The translations under genes were made by a program, and so were the position numbers. Below are positions 26,201 to 38,700 of a stretch of 64,000 nt of DNA, piece by piece. The notes below the pieces were generated by a model. The model searched no databases. It saw only the letters and a program-made list of their open reading frames with translations, and was not told the DNA's origin. The stretch is from the NCBI GenBank assembly GCA_050084515.1, contig CM114271.1, positions 12,028,001 to 12,092,000 of the forward strand, written 5' to 3'. The stretch's first letter is position 1. Each line of letters opens with the position of its first letter. The DNA comes from Blasia pusilla. Taxonomy: Eukaryota.

Positions 26201-27278
26201 CAACCGGTGTTGGGATCCCCATTGTTTTCGCCACGGAGGCGATGGCTTTAGGAGTTGACTTAGCTCTGTATTTCATTCTTCTTGACCACATTGTGTGAAC
26301 GTGGGGTGTTTCTTTGCTACACGTGTTGAGGTGGATGAGGATGTTGCGGTGGAGCGACCCTCTATGTCGGGAGTAGCATTGAGTACTGTGCTACTTAGCG
26401 GCAAAGCGGCGGCGAAGATGGATGCATTACCGGCCCGGCCGACCATTGATCGTGAGAGGCTTACACCTGGTGTATGTATGTTGGACAACCGGAGTGGGAT
26501 CTTCCGATTGGTGAGTCCTACAGCAGGTGTATAGACCAGATAGAGTCTTGTTAGATTCTGGTGCCCAACCTTTGATGTTGGGAAAGGCGGCATGTATTGG
26601 TTTGGGTATTCGGAGGTCAGAGCTTGAGCCTTGCCCATTCCAGATTCAAACGTCACTTGGAGGAGCCAATGATATGTCTCAATTAATGACACGGGAGAAG
26701 TTTTCTATACAGTTGAGACCAGATCATGCGACTGATAGCTCCCGGTTGGGAGTATCTGCGGTAGTCACATCAACCGAGTCGTATGATGTACTAGTTGGAG
26801 GAGCGATTGTACCCGATGGGTTTTGAGATGGATTCGGGTCGAGACAGCGTCTTATAGACCAGGTTGGCAGTCCGGGGATGGACGTATGAGCCAAGTTCCT
26901 GTGAGATTTATTTATGGGGCTCGACCAGGAGGGTCTTCCCCAACATTGTTAGCATCTGTGGCTGGTTTTAGTGGAGTAGTCACTTGGCCAGGAGACTTTT
27001 TGGAGGGTAATGTTTCTGCTATGGATTCTCCTGCGTATGAGGAGGTAGAAGAGGTCCCTATTTTTGCAGCAGTGGCATCCTCATCGTTGGATGTGCCACT
27101 TTGGAGTTCAGGCGGTGCACTACGGCAGGAGGCTGATCGCCTAGTGCAAGAGGCTTGGTGTGAGGCTGTTATACCTCACAAGGAAGAGGAGGCCCCACGG
27201 CGGACTCCTACTTCTGCCCCAGTTGGGTTATCCCCTTTGGATACTACACCCATTGTATGGCAGTATCCGCCGGAGGGC

Positions 27279-28220
27279 ATTTGTGTGTTAGATCTCTTTG
27301 GTGGGATTAGCACTGGTTTGGCGGTAGTGTTGCAGGCCGGTATTCCTGTGCGGAGATACGTGTATGTGGAGCGAGATGAGACGGCCCAGAGAGTCTCATC
27401 CCGACATATTGGTCAGTTGATGCGGAGATATCCTGAGTTGTTTCCGCCATCAGCTATTCGTGGGTACCAGCATGCTTTACCATCACACATTGCATTGTTG
27501 GGGGCGCAGGACCTTGAGAGGGTTGGTCATGTGGATTTGGTGATTGCTGGATGGCCATGTCAGGGTCATACACGTGCTGGTCGTGGTGAGGGATTACATG
27601 ACCCTAGGTCTCGATTGTTTTGGGAGATGTTACGGGTGTTACGACATCTTCATGTTCATCAGGCACGTGCTCTAGCTTACATTCTGGAGAATGTTCCATT
27701 GTTGGGTGACACTCGGACCCGGATGATGGCGAGTGTTTATGAGGTGCGGTCTTGGATTGGACCAGCGGTGTTGTTGGATGCAGCGTGAGTTGGCTCGCGT
27801 GCACATCGTCCACGCTTGTGGTGGACAAACTTGTTGCCTAGGGAGGTTCTACGTCGAGCATATGATGCAGTGCAGCGGGATCCTCGCTTACAAAGTGGAT
27901 AGTATCTTGAATCTTGGCGACTTTCTCAAGTGGTGAGGGTTATTGATCGGTCACCCAAGGCGGCAGTGAACCGTGTGGGCCACCTAGGATGGCACTACCC
28001 ACATTTGTGAGTTTTCCCGCGTCACATGCCTACAGGAAGGTGGTCCGGGGCTTGTATGGGATTCTCATGTGCGGCATTGGGGTTGGTGGAGCCTAACGCC
28101 GATGAGAGAGAGCGTGCGATGGGATTTACTCTTGGCGTAAATGGGTTGCTTCTATTTTTGAGGCTTCACGACGTCATGTGTTGGGTCAAGGCCATGGACC
28201 TGAATTGTTTGACTTGGATT
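27279..28220 (+). CDS. DNMT3-like C5-cytosine DNA methyltransferase domain inside the gypsy pol region (one in-frame TGA, later frameshifts)
   Basis: Motif I LDLFGGI, II YVERD, IV GWPCQG (catalytic Cys at ~27558), VI LENV, VIII HRPRLWWTNL (read through the TGA at 27786-27788), IX ERERAMGF, X GQAMDLN-like. Confidence 0.93.
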
Positions 28221-31200
28221 TTGAGTCTTGGTATGGCGAGCAAAGCGTCGACTTCGGACTATGTCGTGGGTCTTCCACCCCTTGTAATGAGCTCGATGGC
28301 TACAGGGACGGTAGAGGCATCGGTAAAGCAGGAGAGTAGTATTTTGCATCCTTGGAGTAAATGGGATGTAATGGTTGGGCATGTGGAGTTGGTTGCTCAT
28401 GCTGGTGGAGGAGTTATTTGCTCAGATGATGGTGTAGCTAAGGATGTACCATCTTGTGAGGGGGTTGCGTAGCAGCCAATGGCATCGTCCTCTCCCTCTA
28501 GTGTGCCAGTGGAGGAGACTTGGGAGCCATTACTTGGGCCCAAGCTTACGGGAGGTGAGAAACGACGCTTGACACAGTTCTTACATGCTTATAGGAGTTG
28601 TTTTGCCTTTAGCATGAAGGAGTTGGGTTCTCTGGTTGGACCCGGTATACGGATTGATTTGGCTAGTGATACGCCAATCTTCCGTCGTCCCTATCGATAT
28701 AGTGATATGGAGAGGGACTTGATTCAGAGTAGGATGTTGGACCTTTTGGAGGCTGGATTAGTGGAGTTGTCGATGGAGAGTATGCATCGCCCACAGTCAT
28801 GCTCGCTAAAAAGGATATGCATGGCAACTACACGGATAGGCGGATGTGTGGAGATTACCGCCCTATCAATCGGCAAACCAAGGCCGATAGGTATGCCATG
28901 CCTACACGTGAGGAGATCTTTGATGTGGTGGGGACAGGCAAAGATTTTCAGTATTTTTGGATCTTGGCAGGATACCATCAATTGCCGATTCGGGAGAGTG
29001 ACAAGGCCAAGACAAGATTTTGGGGTGTCAACTCATGGCAAGGATTGTTTGTACCAAAGTGGAAATTCTTACCCTTTGGGTTGAAGAATGCACTGCCGAG
29101 TTTCAAAGAGTGATGGACAGGATCCTAGCAGGGGTTGGATTTTGTTCGGTGTTACATTGATGATATCTTGGTGTTCAAGAACACGGTGGAGGAGCATCGA
29201 TACATTTGCAGATGGTGTTTGAGCGGTTGAAAGCTCATGGTCTACGTTGCATCCAGGAAAGTGTAAGTTCTTCCATGAGGATGTTGAGTACTTGGGTCAT
29301 GTGATCTATCCAGGTGGTTTGGGAGTTCAGCAAGCAAAGGTGGAGGCTATTGCACTTATTCGCGTCCGATAGATGTGAGTAGAGTTCGAGCATTCATGGG
29401 ATTGGCGAACTACTATCGGAGGTATATGAAAGGATTTAGTGCTATGGCAAAGCCTTTGAACCAATTGCTGAAATCAGATCAAGAGTGGCACTGGGAGATG
29501 ATCAAGAGAGAGCTTTTGTGGAGCTTAAGGCCCGGTGGTGGCGGCGCCTATCTTGAGGAGACCTATCGAGGGCGCCCATTTCGATTACACATCGATTGGA
29601 GTAGGTTGGGACTTGGAGCGGTGTTGACACAACATGATGATGGGCACATGGAGTTTGTGGTGGCCTATGCAAGTCGTTCGAATAATGCAATGAGTCGCAC
29701 TATAGTTCATATGAGGGAGAGTGCTTGGCAAGAGTGTGGGTGGCACACTTTAGGTGTTACTTGTTTGGCACACGTTTACCCTTGTTACTAATCACCACCG
29801 CTCAAGTGGTTGATGGAGTCGGACAAGCTTACAGGAAGCTTGCACGGTGGGCTCTTATCTTACAGAGTATGACTTCCGGGTGGTACATAGACTGGAGTTG
29901 CCAACCTTGATCTTGATGGGTTGAGTAGGAACCCATGTACTAGCCAAGAGGATACAACTGGGGCTAGATGGCATGGCGAGGTTGATGAGGAGATGGTGCC
30001 AGGTTGGCATGCATCCGCCTTTTTATGTTGGTTAGGGGTGGACTCTAGTATGGAGGACCACATGATATCTTACTCTAGTCAGAGGGTAGATGGCCAGCCT
30101 TCAGATCCTAAGGTTGGAGATGGTGGTACGGATCAGCGTGATATTCATGACGATGCGTTGGTGTTGGAGTTCCTACGGACCAGTAGGGTGCCAGGCGTAG
30201 TGAGTGCCAAGGAGCGAGACCGTGTTCTTCAACGTGCTAAGAGGTATCGATTGGAGGGAACACATATTCTCCGCATGTGGGAGGATGGTAGAGTACGAGT
30301 AGTGCCACATTTGGCTCAGAGAGAGCGCATTGTGCGACATGCCCATGAGGAGTTGGGTCATTTTGGGATAAAGCGTACGTATAGCTTACTCCTTGGCCAG
30401 TATTGGTGGCGTGGCATGCATACTCAGGTGCAGCAGTTGGTGTCACATTGTATGGTTTGTGACCGGGTGAGGGCATCATTTAATGCCCCTACACCATAAT
30501 TACACCCCTTGCCTATTATGGGGTTGGGTTACCGTTGGAGTGTGGACTTTGCGGGACCGTTACCATTGACAGTACGACATCATCGATATGTGTTGGTGAT
30601 GGTGGAGCACTTCTCCAAGTGGATTGAGTTGGTGGCATTACCGGACAAGGCAAGTGAGGGAACGGCGTATGCGTTTCTGGATAGAGTGCTTAGTCATTTT
30701 GGTGCACCGCTGAAGTCTTGACCGACCGAGTCTGAGTTTTTCAGGGTGAGTTTCGAGGTCTTGTGTGATAAGGCGTTGATTAATCATCGGACCACGTCTC
30801 GAGATCATCCAGAGGCGGATGGTTTGGTGAGCGTGTGGTTCGGGACGGTGAAGAGGGCATTGCGCAAGTATGGCCTCTGAAGGGCATCTTGGAGACTCGG
30901 ATATTCGTTGCCATGGTTAGCCATGGGGTATAGGTTCGATCGCCAAGCATCCTTGGCTTCCTTCTCACCTTATTTTCTTTTATACGGCCGAGATCCGGAC
31001 TTGCAAAGCAGCAATTGTCGGGAGTCTAGTGAGGTGGTGAACCTTGATGACCCGAGAGATGTGGATGAGGGTGTGTTCTCGCGGGCGGAGCTCTTTCGGA
31101 GAGTTATGCCAATAGCCTTTGAGAATCTTGCCATTGCTCAACACGGGGATACGTTGCGGTATGCAACCATTCGGGTGGAGGTTATCGACCATCGATTCGT

Positions 31201-31437
31201 AGGTTCCATGTGGGGACTATGTCTATTTGCAGCAGATTGCCCCGACAACGCGTTGGATGTGACGGCAGCCGCACTATTTTACGAAAAGTGCGTGAGGTGT
31301 TAACTCGGAGTTCTCATGTTGGAGGGTCGTGATGGAGTTGTTTGGAAGGACCATGTGCGTAATTGTGCGCCATGTCATCTTCCAAATGTGGATGGTACTG
31401 TTGACCCAAGCTTAGCCATGATACGTGCTAGCTTGAG

Positions 31438-31579
31438 GTGCATGTTGTGTGGGTCTGTTGGTAACGCAACCCGTATGTTGGTGTGTGATCGGTGTTCTAG
31501 GGGTTGGCACATGATGTGTTTGACTCCACGTTTGGATCTTGTTCCTACTGGAAGGTGGGTTTGTCCTCGATGTACTTAG
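31438..31579 (+). CDS. PHD finger at the integrase C-terminus
   Basis: CMLC...MLVCDRCSRGWHMMCLTP...VPTGRWVCPRC* = C4HC3 with the conserved Trp. Confidence 0.92.
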
Positions 31580-31754
31580 GAGAGGTAGATGACTTGATCT
31601 TTGCATGATATGGATAACAGATGTGCGACTAACGATGGGGCAACCTAGCACCCGGCCTTCTGATTTGGGCACCCAAGAAGGTGTATAGCATGTAGTAGAT
31701 GTATAGGGCTACCTGGGAGTTAGAGGGACCTAACCGCCAGTTAGGGGGGCGAGT

Positions 31755-32331
31755 TGTGGTACACTTGCGTTTGTGGACACTCTCGTCTATGTTATGTATG
31801 TATGTGCGTATGGTATGTCAGCGATGTATGTTGTATAACGATGTAGATTCGCACGACAGCTGTCATGACCATACGGATTATGTCGTAGAGTATGGTGTGC
31901 TGGTAGAGGCCATTCCTTATGTAGGACCGTAGTGGCTTGGTAGAGATGCGGTTCCATACATAGGGTTGGGGTTACTCACTTGGGGTGACTTTCCCAGAGG
32001 GGCCCGCTCTTAGGTTGGAGGATATAAGGTGGCTTGCCCTCAAAGAATAGTCAGTTCTTTGAGTTGAGCCATTGCGTTGGGAGTTAGCCTTGGTAGTGAG
32101 TAGAGCTCTTGGCTATGGTGTTTCTCGCAAGCTTCGACCTAGATTCTCCCATCGTGGAGTGGGTTTGGCTCGATTGTATGTGATTGTAAACGTGTTTTAT
32201 GACAGTAGGTCTTTCACGGATTTCAGTTGTGGTACACTTGCGTTTGTGGATACTCTCGTCTATGTTATGTATGTATGTGCGTATGGTATGTCAACGATGT
32301 ATGTTGTATGACGATGTGGATTCGCACGACA
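31755..32331 (+). repeat. Right-end repeat block B1 (31755-31858) - gc - A2 (31861-32225) - gt - B2 (32228-32331); PPT AGGGGGGCGAG(T) at 31743-31754
   Basis: B1 and B2 are 104-bp near-identical direct repeats, each TG...CA. B is absent from the left end. Confidence 0.93.
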
Positions 32332-32706
32332 TTATGCATATATGATCGCCAATTATTATATAGATAAGATGCCCATGCAATGCGTGACAAATAAAAAAAG
32401 TGTTTGAAGAGTAAGCGTATAGTTCGTGAAGGAAAGGGATAAATGATGCCGCACATAAATTCAACTTTTTTTCTTGTTGCTTGTAACATGTGAAACATTT
32501 TCTTGTTGTCCAGTTGCCACATGTCAAGCAGTGAGGTGTTTGCAAATCCAGAAGGCACTCTCCCATAATAATATAGATACTCGTGTAAAAGACACATTAG
32601 ATAATGAAAGAAAACAACTAGTGTGTGTAGAGGTTGTAATTTAAAAATCTTTAAAATTTATTTAATAATTATAGAAAATAATTTAAATTCATAGACTTGT
32701 TTAATA

Positions 32707-35700
32707 CCTATATAATTAAAAGAGGATGGGGTTTGAAGAAACCTTCCTTGACACGTATATTTTATGTTCTCCTCTGACATGGACACATGTTATATTTAAC
32801 AAAAGCAATCTGCGGCCTCTGTGACTGATGGAGAAGAAAGTAATTAACATATATGTTTATAGGACACGTGGATAGTCTAGATGGCCGAGAAAAAAAAACA
32901 ACGAGAATTTGTAGAGGCCGTAAAAACTGAATGAATTAGTCATAGATTTAACTATGTCTTTCACCCTTAATATTATGTTTGAGAATGAGATTAGAAGAAA
33001 CATGTGTCCTTTTAAAGTCTCATGACAACCTTTTATTCTTAATACATCTCCTTTAAGAATACTTAAATAAAGGGGAAATTGTCCCCCATCCACAGCACGG
33101 GCGACGGTTTAATATATAACATAAAAGTAATAATATAAATTTTTGAATATTGCTATTGGATTTCTCTGCACGAAAGCTCAAATTCATCCCTTCCCCAAAC
33201 TCCGCGCGAGAGGTTGACAAAATGCCGTCTAGTTCAAGTACGTGGCCAAAGTCCACCGTCCATCCTCAAACGTCCACTACTACTTAGAGTTACTGCTGGT
33301 CCGCCACGGAACACGTGCATGCACAAAGTTACAAACAAACCGCCCTAGTAACCAATATGCTGCCCCTTTTTAGGGTTTTGAGTTTTATAACCGAGTTTGG
33401 AACCCACTTATAGTCGGGAGTAACACAACATGAATCAGATTCTGATTCGGCAGTAGGGATAGGGAGTAAGTAATACACAACGAGATCTTGAGTAATACGG
33501 CGCTGGAGAACACGAATCGAATCGGGATACGGCTAAAAAAGGTTAGGAATAACATTGTGATACTAGAATTTTGTATCGTATTAAAGAGATAATTAATACA
33601 AGCACTGAAAGGTCTCTTGGAAAAGTCCAAGAGACGAAACATGAAATAGAGTTGTGCGTTTCATGCGTTAGGAAAGTGCAACGTTCTCTCCTAATGCCAT
33701 TCGATCTTGCCCTGGAAGTGGATCCATGTCCGGGGTTGCTTCGATAAATATGCCACCGCTTGAGGAACCTCAACTATCGGAATTCCATATTGTTGAACTA
33801 CCCTCGAGACTGCATGTTGGGAAGTTCCAGCAACAGAGGGATTTTGAAATAAAACATTCACTAAATTTGTAGAAGGTACTTCAAGTCGAATTTGGGAGCA
33901 GTCTGGTGTCTCCGAGTACTTGGGCAGGGTTATTTTTTCATCCAAATCAATCACAAGATTCTTTCCTAAGTGCTGACGCTTGACTTTCCTAAAGTCAATA
34001 TACTTATCAGGTCTCCAAGGGTCTCGTTCAAACTGCTCTACAACCATCTCTATTGGACCTCTCGAAACACGCCCACGAATGTCCCCACCAATGTGGACGT
34101 TTTTCTCGATAGGAGTTCCAACTACGCACCGATTGAAGGCTTCCACATACAATTTCTCATCCCTAGATCTCACAGCGGCTCTAACATAGAGCTAGTGAAT
34201 CGAAGGGCGCTTTCCCTTGGTTACGCCTTTGGTGACCAAGGGAAAGCGCCCTTGCCTGATCTTGTTGGCTTGCCTCAATGAGAGATATTTTTTAACATGT
34301 TTGTGATGACCTCCAAGAGGAATGGACACTCTCGGCTCCACTTGTGTTGGGGCAGAGGGCATTTTCGTGAATGTTGAGTCCCTACAGGAGAAAACTTGTC
34401 AATTGATGGAAGGAACGCCTAAGTGTTCAATGCTTGCAACTCGTCGGAATCCGACGGGTTGCAAGAAGCATTGAGTTGAAAACAACCAACCCATCAATAA
34501 GATGTATGAATAGAACTTGGACACGAGGGGTTGTCTACAACAACCAACTCGGGAGTGGTTCCGATGCGTTGCAGCATGTAATTTGCAAGACAAGCAGCAA
34601 ACCGTCAGATTTCGACGAGTTGCAAGTAGAATTTTTTTGAAAAAACCCGCTTGCAATCCGTCGGCAAATGACTTTTCTCTGCCAATGTTCTTGCAACTTG
34701 TTGGAATCCGACGGGTTGCAAGATGAAATTTTCTCACAAAAAGTAACTTGCAACCATTCGGATTGCAAGATGAACGTTTTTCGGAAAAAAATTGCAACCC
34801 GTAGGAATTCGACGGGTTGCAAGAACTTTTTCCGCAAAAAAGTAACTTGCAACCCGTCAGATTCCAATGGGTTGCAAGATGAAATTTTTTTCACAAATAA
34901 GTTACTTGCAACCCGTCGGATTCCGACGAGTTGCAAGATGAACTTTTTTCACAAAAAAGTAGCTCACGACCCGTTGGATTTGGACACTCCGTAATGTGAT
35001 GCAACCTGTCGGTTTTGACGGGTTTCTTTAACTAGCTATTTTGCAACTCGTACGATTCCAATGGGTTGCAAACTCACACTTGGACCACATACTTAGAAAA
35101 AATGGAGAAAACTCACCTACCAGATAAAGTTTCCCCATTGCCTCATACGGATGGTCCACCAACTGAGCCATAAACATAACTCTTTGTATTTCCCCTCAAT
35201 CACGTGCTTTCTCTACCACATATAAAGCTCTTTCTGGCACTCCATGGCTTTTTTCAAGGTTTTGCTATCCTTCAAGTTGAAGTAGAGCTACATGCTCTGT
35301 TCTCTTAGTCTCCTTGATGCAGGATTTTTTGTAGCGAGTCACAGACTGTTGCTAATGGAAAGCATCCGGCCTTTCCATTTTGGTTGAACTCCCCCCATAA
35401 CACTTCACGCGCGACAATCCATCATCACGGTTGGGCATTGTCCGCCGTGAAGCCATATATTTCACGAGGAGGTCTTTTTTTTTTCCTTCACCACCTCCAG
35501 TAAGAGTAACCAACACATCTTCAAGCTGCCAACATCTTCCGCTTTCACCTCACAGACAAATATGGTTTTGAGACCCTTCTCCACATGGTCGTGAACGTGT
35601 GCACCCATGGTCAACCATCCATTTAACACCTTGTAGCAAATATCAAAGCTAACCCAGCTCCCAAATAGATCTTCTCCCTCCCTCATTCTGTCAATAAGAT

Positions 35701-38700
35701 CCAGGCTGCTAGACGGCCCTGTAGTAGACATTTTGAAGACAGGAGCTCTAGATCCCTCGCCTCCTTGGCCCATGAACTGCCATCTCTGAATGAATGGAAA
35801 CCATGAGTTGGCCATAATCCTGGCAATGACATCCATCTCCGCGGTCTTTCCATCAAGTATTCATATTTGACGAAATAAGTTCCTGAAGCTTTCTGGATCA
35901 GCCAAGAATGCAAGATTTTCCCATAGTTGCTTCTTCTTAGCTGTCATGATCTCCCCTTGGCCAAGGATACCCAGGAGTTGTTCACAAATTTGTGATGCAA
36001 TTGTCAATTTGATGAATCCAGGCTTTAATCTTGGAGAATTTTTATACACCTCGGTCACTTTCTTTGCCACATCCTCCTTGATGTGTCTCTGAATTGCATC
36101 TGTGACAGGATGAGTGCGACACCCAACATGAACTACCAACCTTGTGTACTTGGATACAGAACCGTAGTCCTGCACTATGAAAAAAAAATCCGGACACGCT
36201 CTAACACAGAAAGAGAAGGCTTGACAATGCGGACATCGATGGCCACTCGGCAGTATGGTTGTACCCATGGCGTAAGGAGTTTCTGCATTTTTGGGAGGGA
36301 ATTGGGAAGTATTCATGACTCTGATCCTCTCGAGAATGGGGCATCTTGGACTTCTACACTCTAGGGCTCCAATGCATTAGCGACGAGACGCAATCCAAGG
36401 ACCACATGTGATTGAAGCGCTCGTCCACTGTAGCCTGCACCATCGGTGACAGTCCAATTTTTGGTCCATACCCTTCAAGCACCCTCCATCTTTCTTATGA
36501 GCAGGATCGACAAGTGGAGGCAGCTCAAAAATCAGTTTCCATCATACGTTGCTAGCAACTCATCCACAATAATGTGCTTGAATAGTTTCAAGGGAAGAGA
36601 AGAAAGCAAAGAATTCCCCAAAACTCGAAGCAGGAATGAGTAAGCAAATGTTGGGTCTGACATGTTTCCAACAGATCCTGTGAGATCAACGACATCTTGA
36701 ATGTCCACATGTTCAAACGGGACTTTCCGAGCTTGTGAGTTTGGAGTCGATGATGGATCGGCCAAGCAGTCGTGCCAAACGTGGAGCATGGAGCACTCAA
36801 AGATTCCGAACCGTCTTCATGAGTTGCAGTGGTGATCCGAGGTAGCCATAAACTCTGAATTTTCCATTAGAGTAGGGTAAGAGGTTCCATACTCTGGAGC
36901 CTCCAATTTCCGGTTGGACTGTTTCACCAATCACATCATCCATCCCATCAACCTTGACATCCTTGGATACAAAGATGGTTCCAATATGGAGAAGAAATTG
37001 GAGTGAAAGGAAATTTTCTTCGATAATTTCATGAATGTCACCAGGTTGGGCTCGAATTATCTCCAATTGAGGAAGGACCGCTAGATGACAACCACATGTG
37101 AGCTTCACACAATTGTCCAGTTGGGTCAGATCGGAGAATGATTGCCAAGATAGAGGAATAAGAATAAGAATAAGAATGAGAATGAGAATACGAATGACCA
37201 TAAGAATGAGAATGTTGAATTTAAAGTGCACAATGTTCATTGAAATTCTGACATAATATGTCTGACATGCAGTTGGTAGTTAGGTTGAACCATCGCCAAC
37301 TGACTGGACGTGCCAAAAAGGAATATTCAAACATCCTTGTTGATGACTAGTGGGAAAAGATTTGTCAGGGCTCCTTCAACTCGTGGGAATCCAACGTGTC
37401 GAATAGCCCAAGAGCCTGTAGGATTATGGTGGGGCAAAGAGCCAAAGAGTTCGACGGGTTGGAAGGTAGACTGTAGGGGAACTCCAACCCGTCAGACTCC
37501 AACGGGTTAGAAACCCTCAGGAAGGATGTCGACGGTACAAACCATGGAAGTTTGACGGGTTGAATTGAGTTTGGTTTGGACGGTACCACCCGTTGGATTC
37601 CTTATGCTCATATTCCATGGGAAAGATGTGCCAGGGGTCCTTCAACCCGTCGGAGTCCAACCAATTGCAAAAAGATCGGACTCAAAATGGCCGTCCCTCC
37701 GGTCCAAGCCGTTGGACTCCGACAAGTTCCACGTGGACCATCCTGCCTGACTTATGCAAATCGTCCAACCCCAACGAGTTCCACGTGGACCATCCTTCTT
37801 GACTCCTGCAAGTCGTCCGACTCTGACGGTTTGCAAGAGTTGGGAAGTATCATCCCCCCAGCAACCCATCGGACTCCAACGGCTTCCACCAATTAGGCAG
37901 CCTGGGTCCCGTGCAACTCGTCGGAGTCCGACAAGTTGCAGGAGTCAGGCTGAATGGTCCTCTGTCGGACTCTGACGGGTTGCACGGAACCTAGGTTGGA
38001 TGGACCCCATGTAACCCATCGGGGTCCGACGGCTTGCAGGTAGAGTCCGGGCCGTACCGCCCAAGCATTGGAGTTGCAACCCGTCGAGCTCCGACGGGTT
38101 GCAACTAGCCCACGCGGAACATGCACCGTAACAGTCCACCGACGTGCAATCACTCCCCTGTCGTACACCAACGGTCGAGTCCAACGGCTCCGAAAGTATA
38201 TAAGGACCACTTTCAAGGCTTTTCATTTTTCCATCCTACGGTTTTCCGTTTTGCTTTCAACTCCCTTGTTCACACGACTACGAAAACTGACTTTCCAGTT
38301 ACTCGTACTTTTCGACGGTTGGTCCTTGTCTCTTCATTTGCAGGCTACGACGGTTTGAATTGAATCGATTCCCTTCAGAGGTAACAAAGATTCAAGTCAA
38401 AACCCCTCGTGCAACGTTTGATTGTCGACTAATTAGAGGATAACTCCAAAAAAATCCCAAGCCAGCAAGGTCGTGAGTTTCTCTCCCAAGACCAGTGGAA
38501 CTCTGTCTTCTCGTACGCGACGCACGGCCGCAGATGTACGGCAAGAAGAAATCGAGGAGCGTGAGCGAGAAACCCATATGAGGAAGAAGGAAATGTTGGA
38601 CTTGACACCCACCCAATTTTTGAGCGGGTACATCACAAAACTTAGGATGATGTGCATTTTGCATGGAAATGTTTGATACATACTAAGTGTAACATTTGTG

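Larger units (their letters stand above)
22868..32331 (+). mobile_element. Ty3/gypsy-type LTR retrotransposon carrying a C5 DNA methyltransferase and PHD finger, with permuted terminal repeats (A1 ... B1 A2 B2)
   Basis: gag with two CCHC knuckles (CWTCGGDHVRKFC, CDHCGRLGHPRERC), protease LLDSGA, MTase, RT (RMCGDYRPIN, LPFGLKNA, YIDD at ~29153), RNase H (IDWSRLGLGAVL), integrase (HEELGH...CMVC; WSVDFAGP), PHD. Termini TGTCATG...CACGACA flanked by TTAT/TTAT. Confidence 0.95.

Noticed and set aside
22868-32331. DIRS/Ngaro tyrosine-recombinase element (suggested by split direct repeats and a methyltransferase)
   Set aside because: It encodes an aspartic protease, gypsy-type RT/RNase H and an HHCC + DDE integrase. 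No YR motifs seen, and the MTase is C5-type rather than the adenine type typical of DIRS.
12337-32331. Functional link between the SDN silencing-pathway gene and the adjacent methyltransferase-bearing TEs
   Set aside because: Adjacency alone is not evidence in a TE-dense eukaryotic genome.
34399-34994. Repetitive ORFs such as LQPVGFRRVA / CNPSDSDGL (also at 37500-38300, 48490-48870, 50590-51410, 53790-54320, 62270-63130)
   Set aside because: They are translations of the DNA palindrome in all frames and on both strands, not proteins.
34430-35070. CRISPR array (palindromic ~30-bp repeats with 25-30 bp spacers)
   Set aside because: Eukaryotic context with no cas genes. Repeats are degenerate, irregularly spaced and inside GT-AG introns, and spacers are related to one another.
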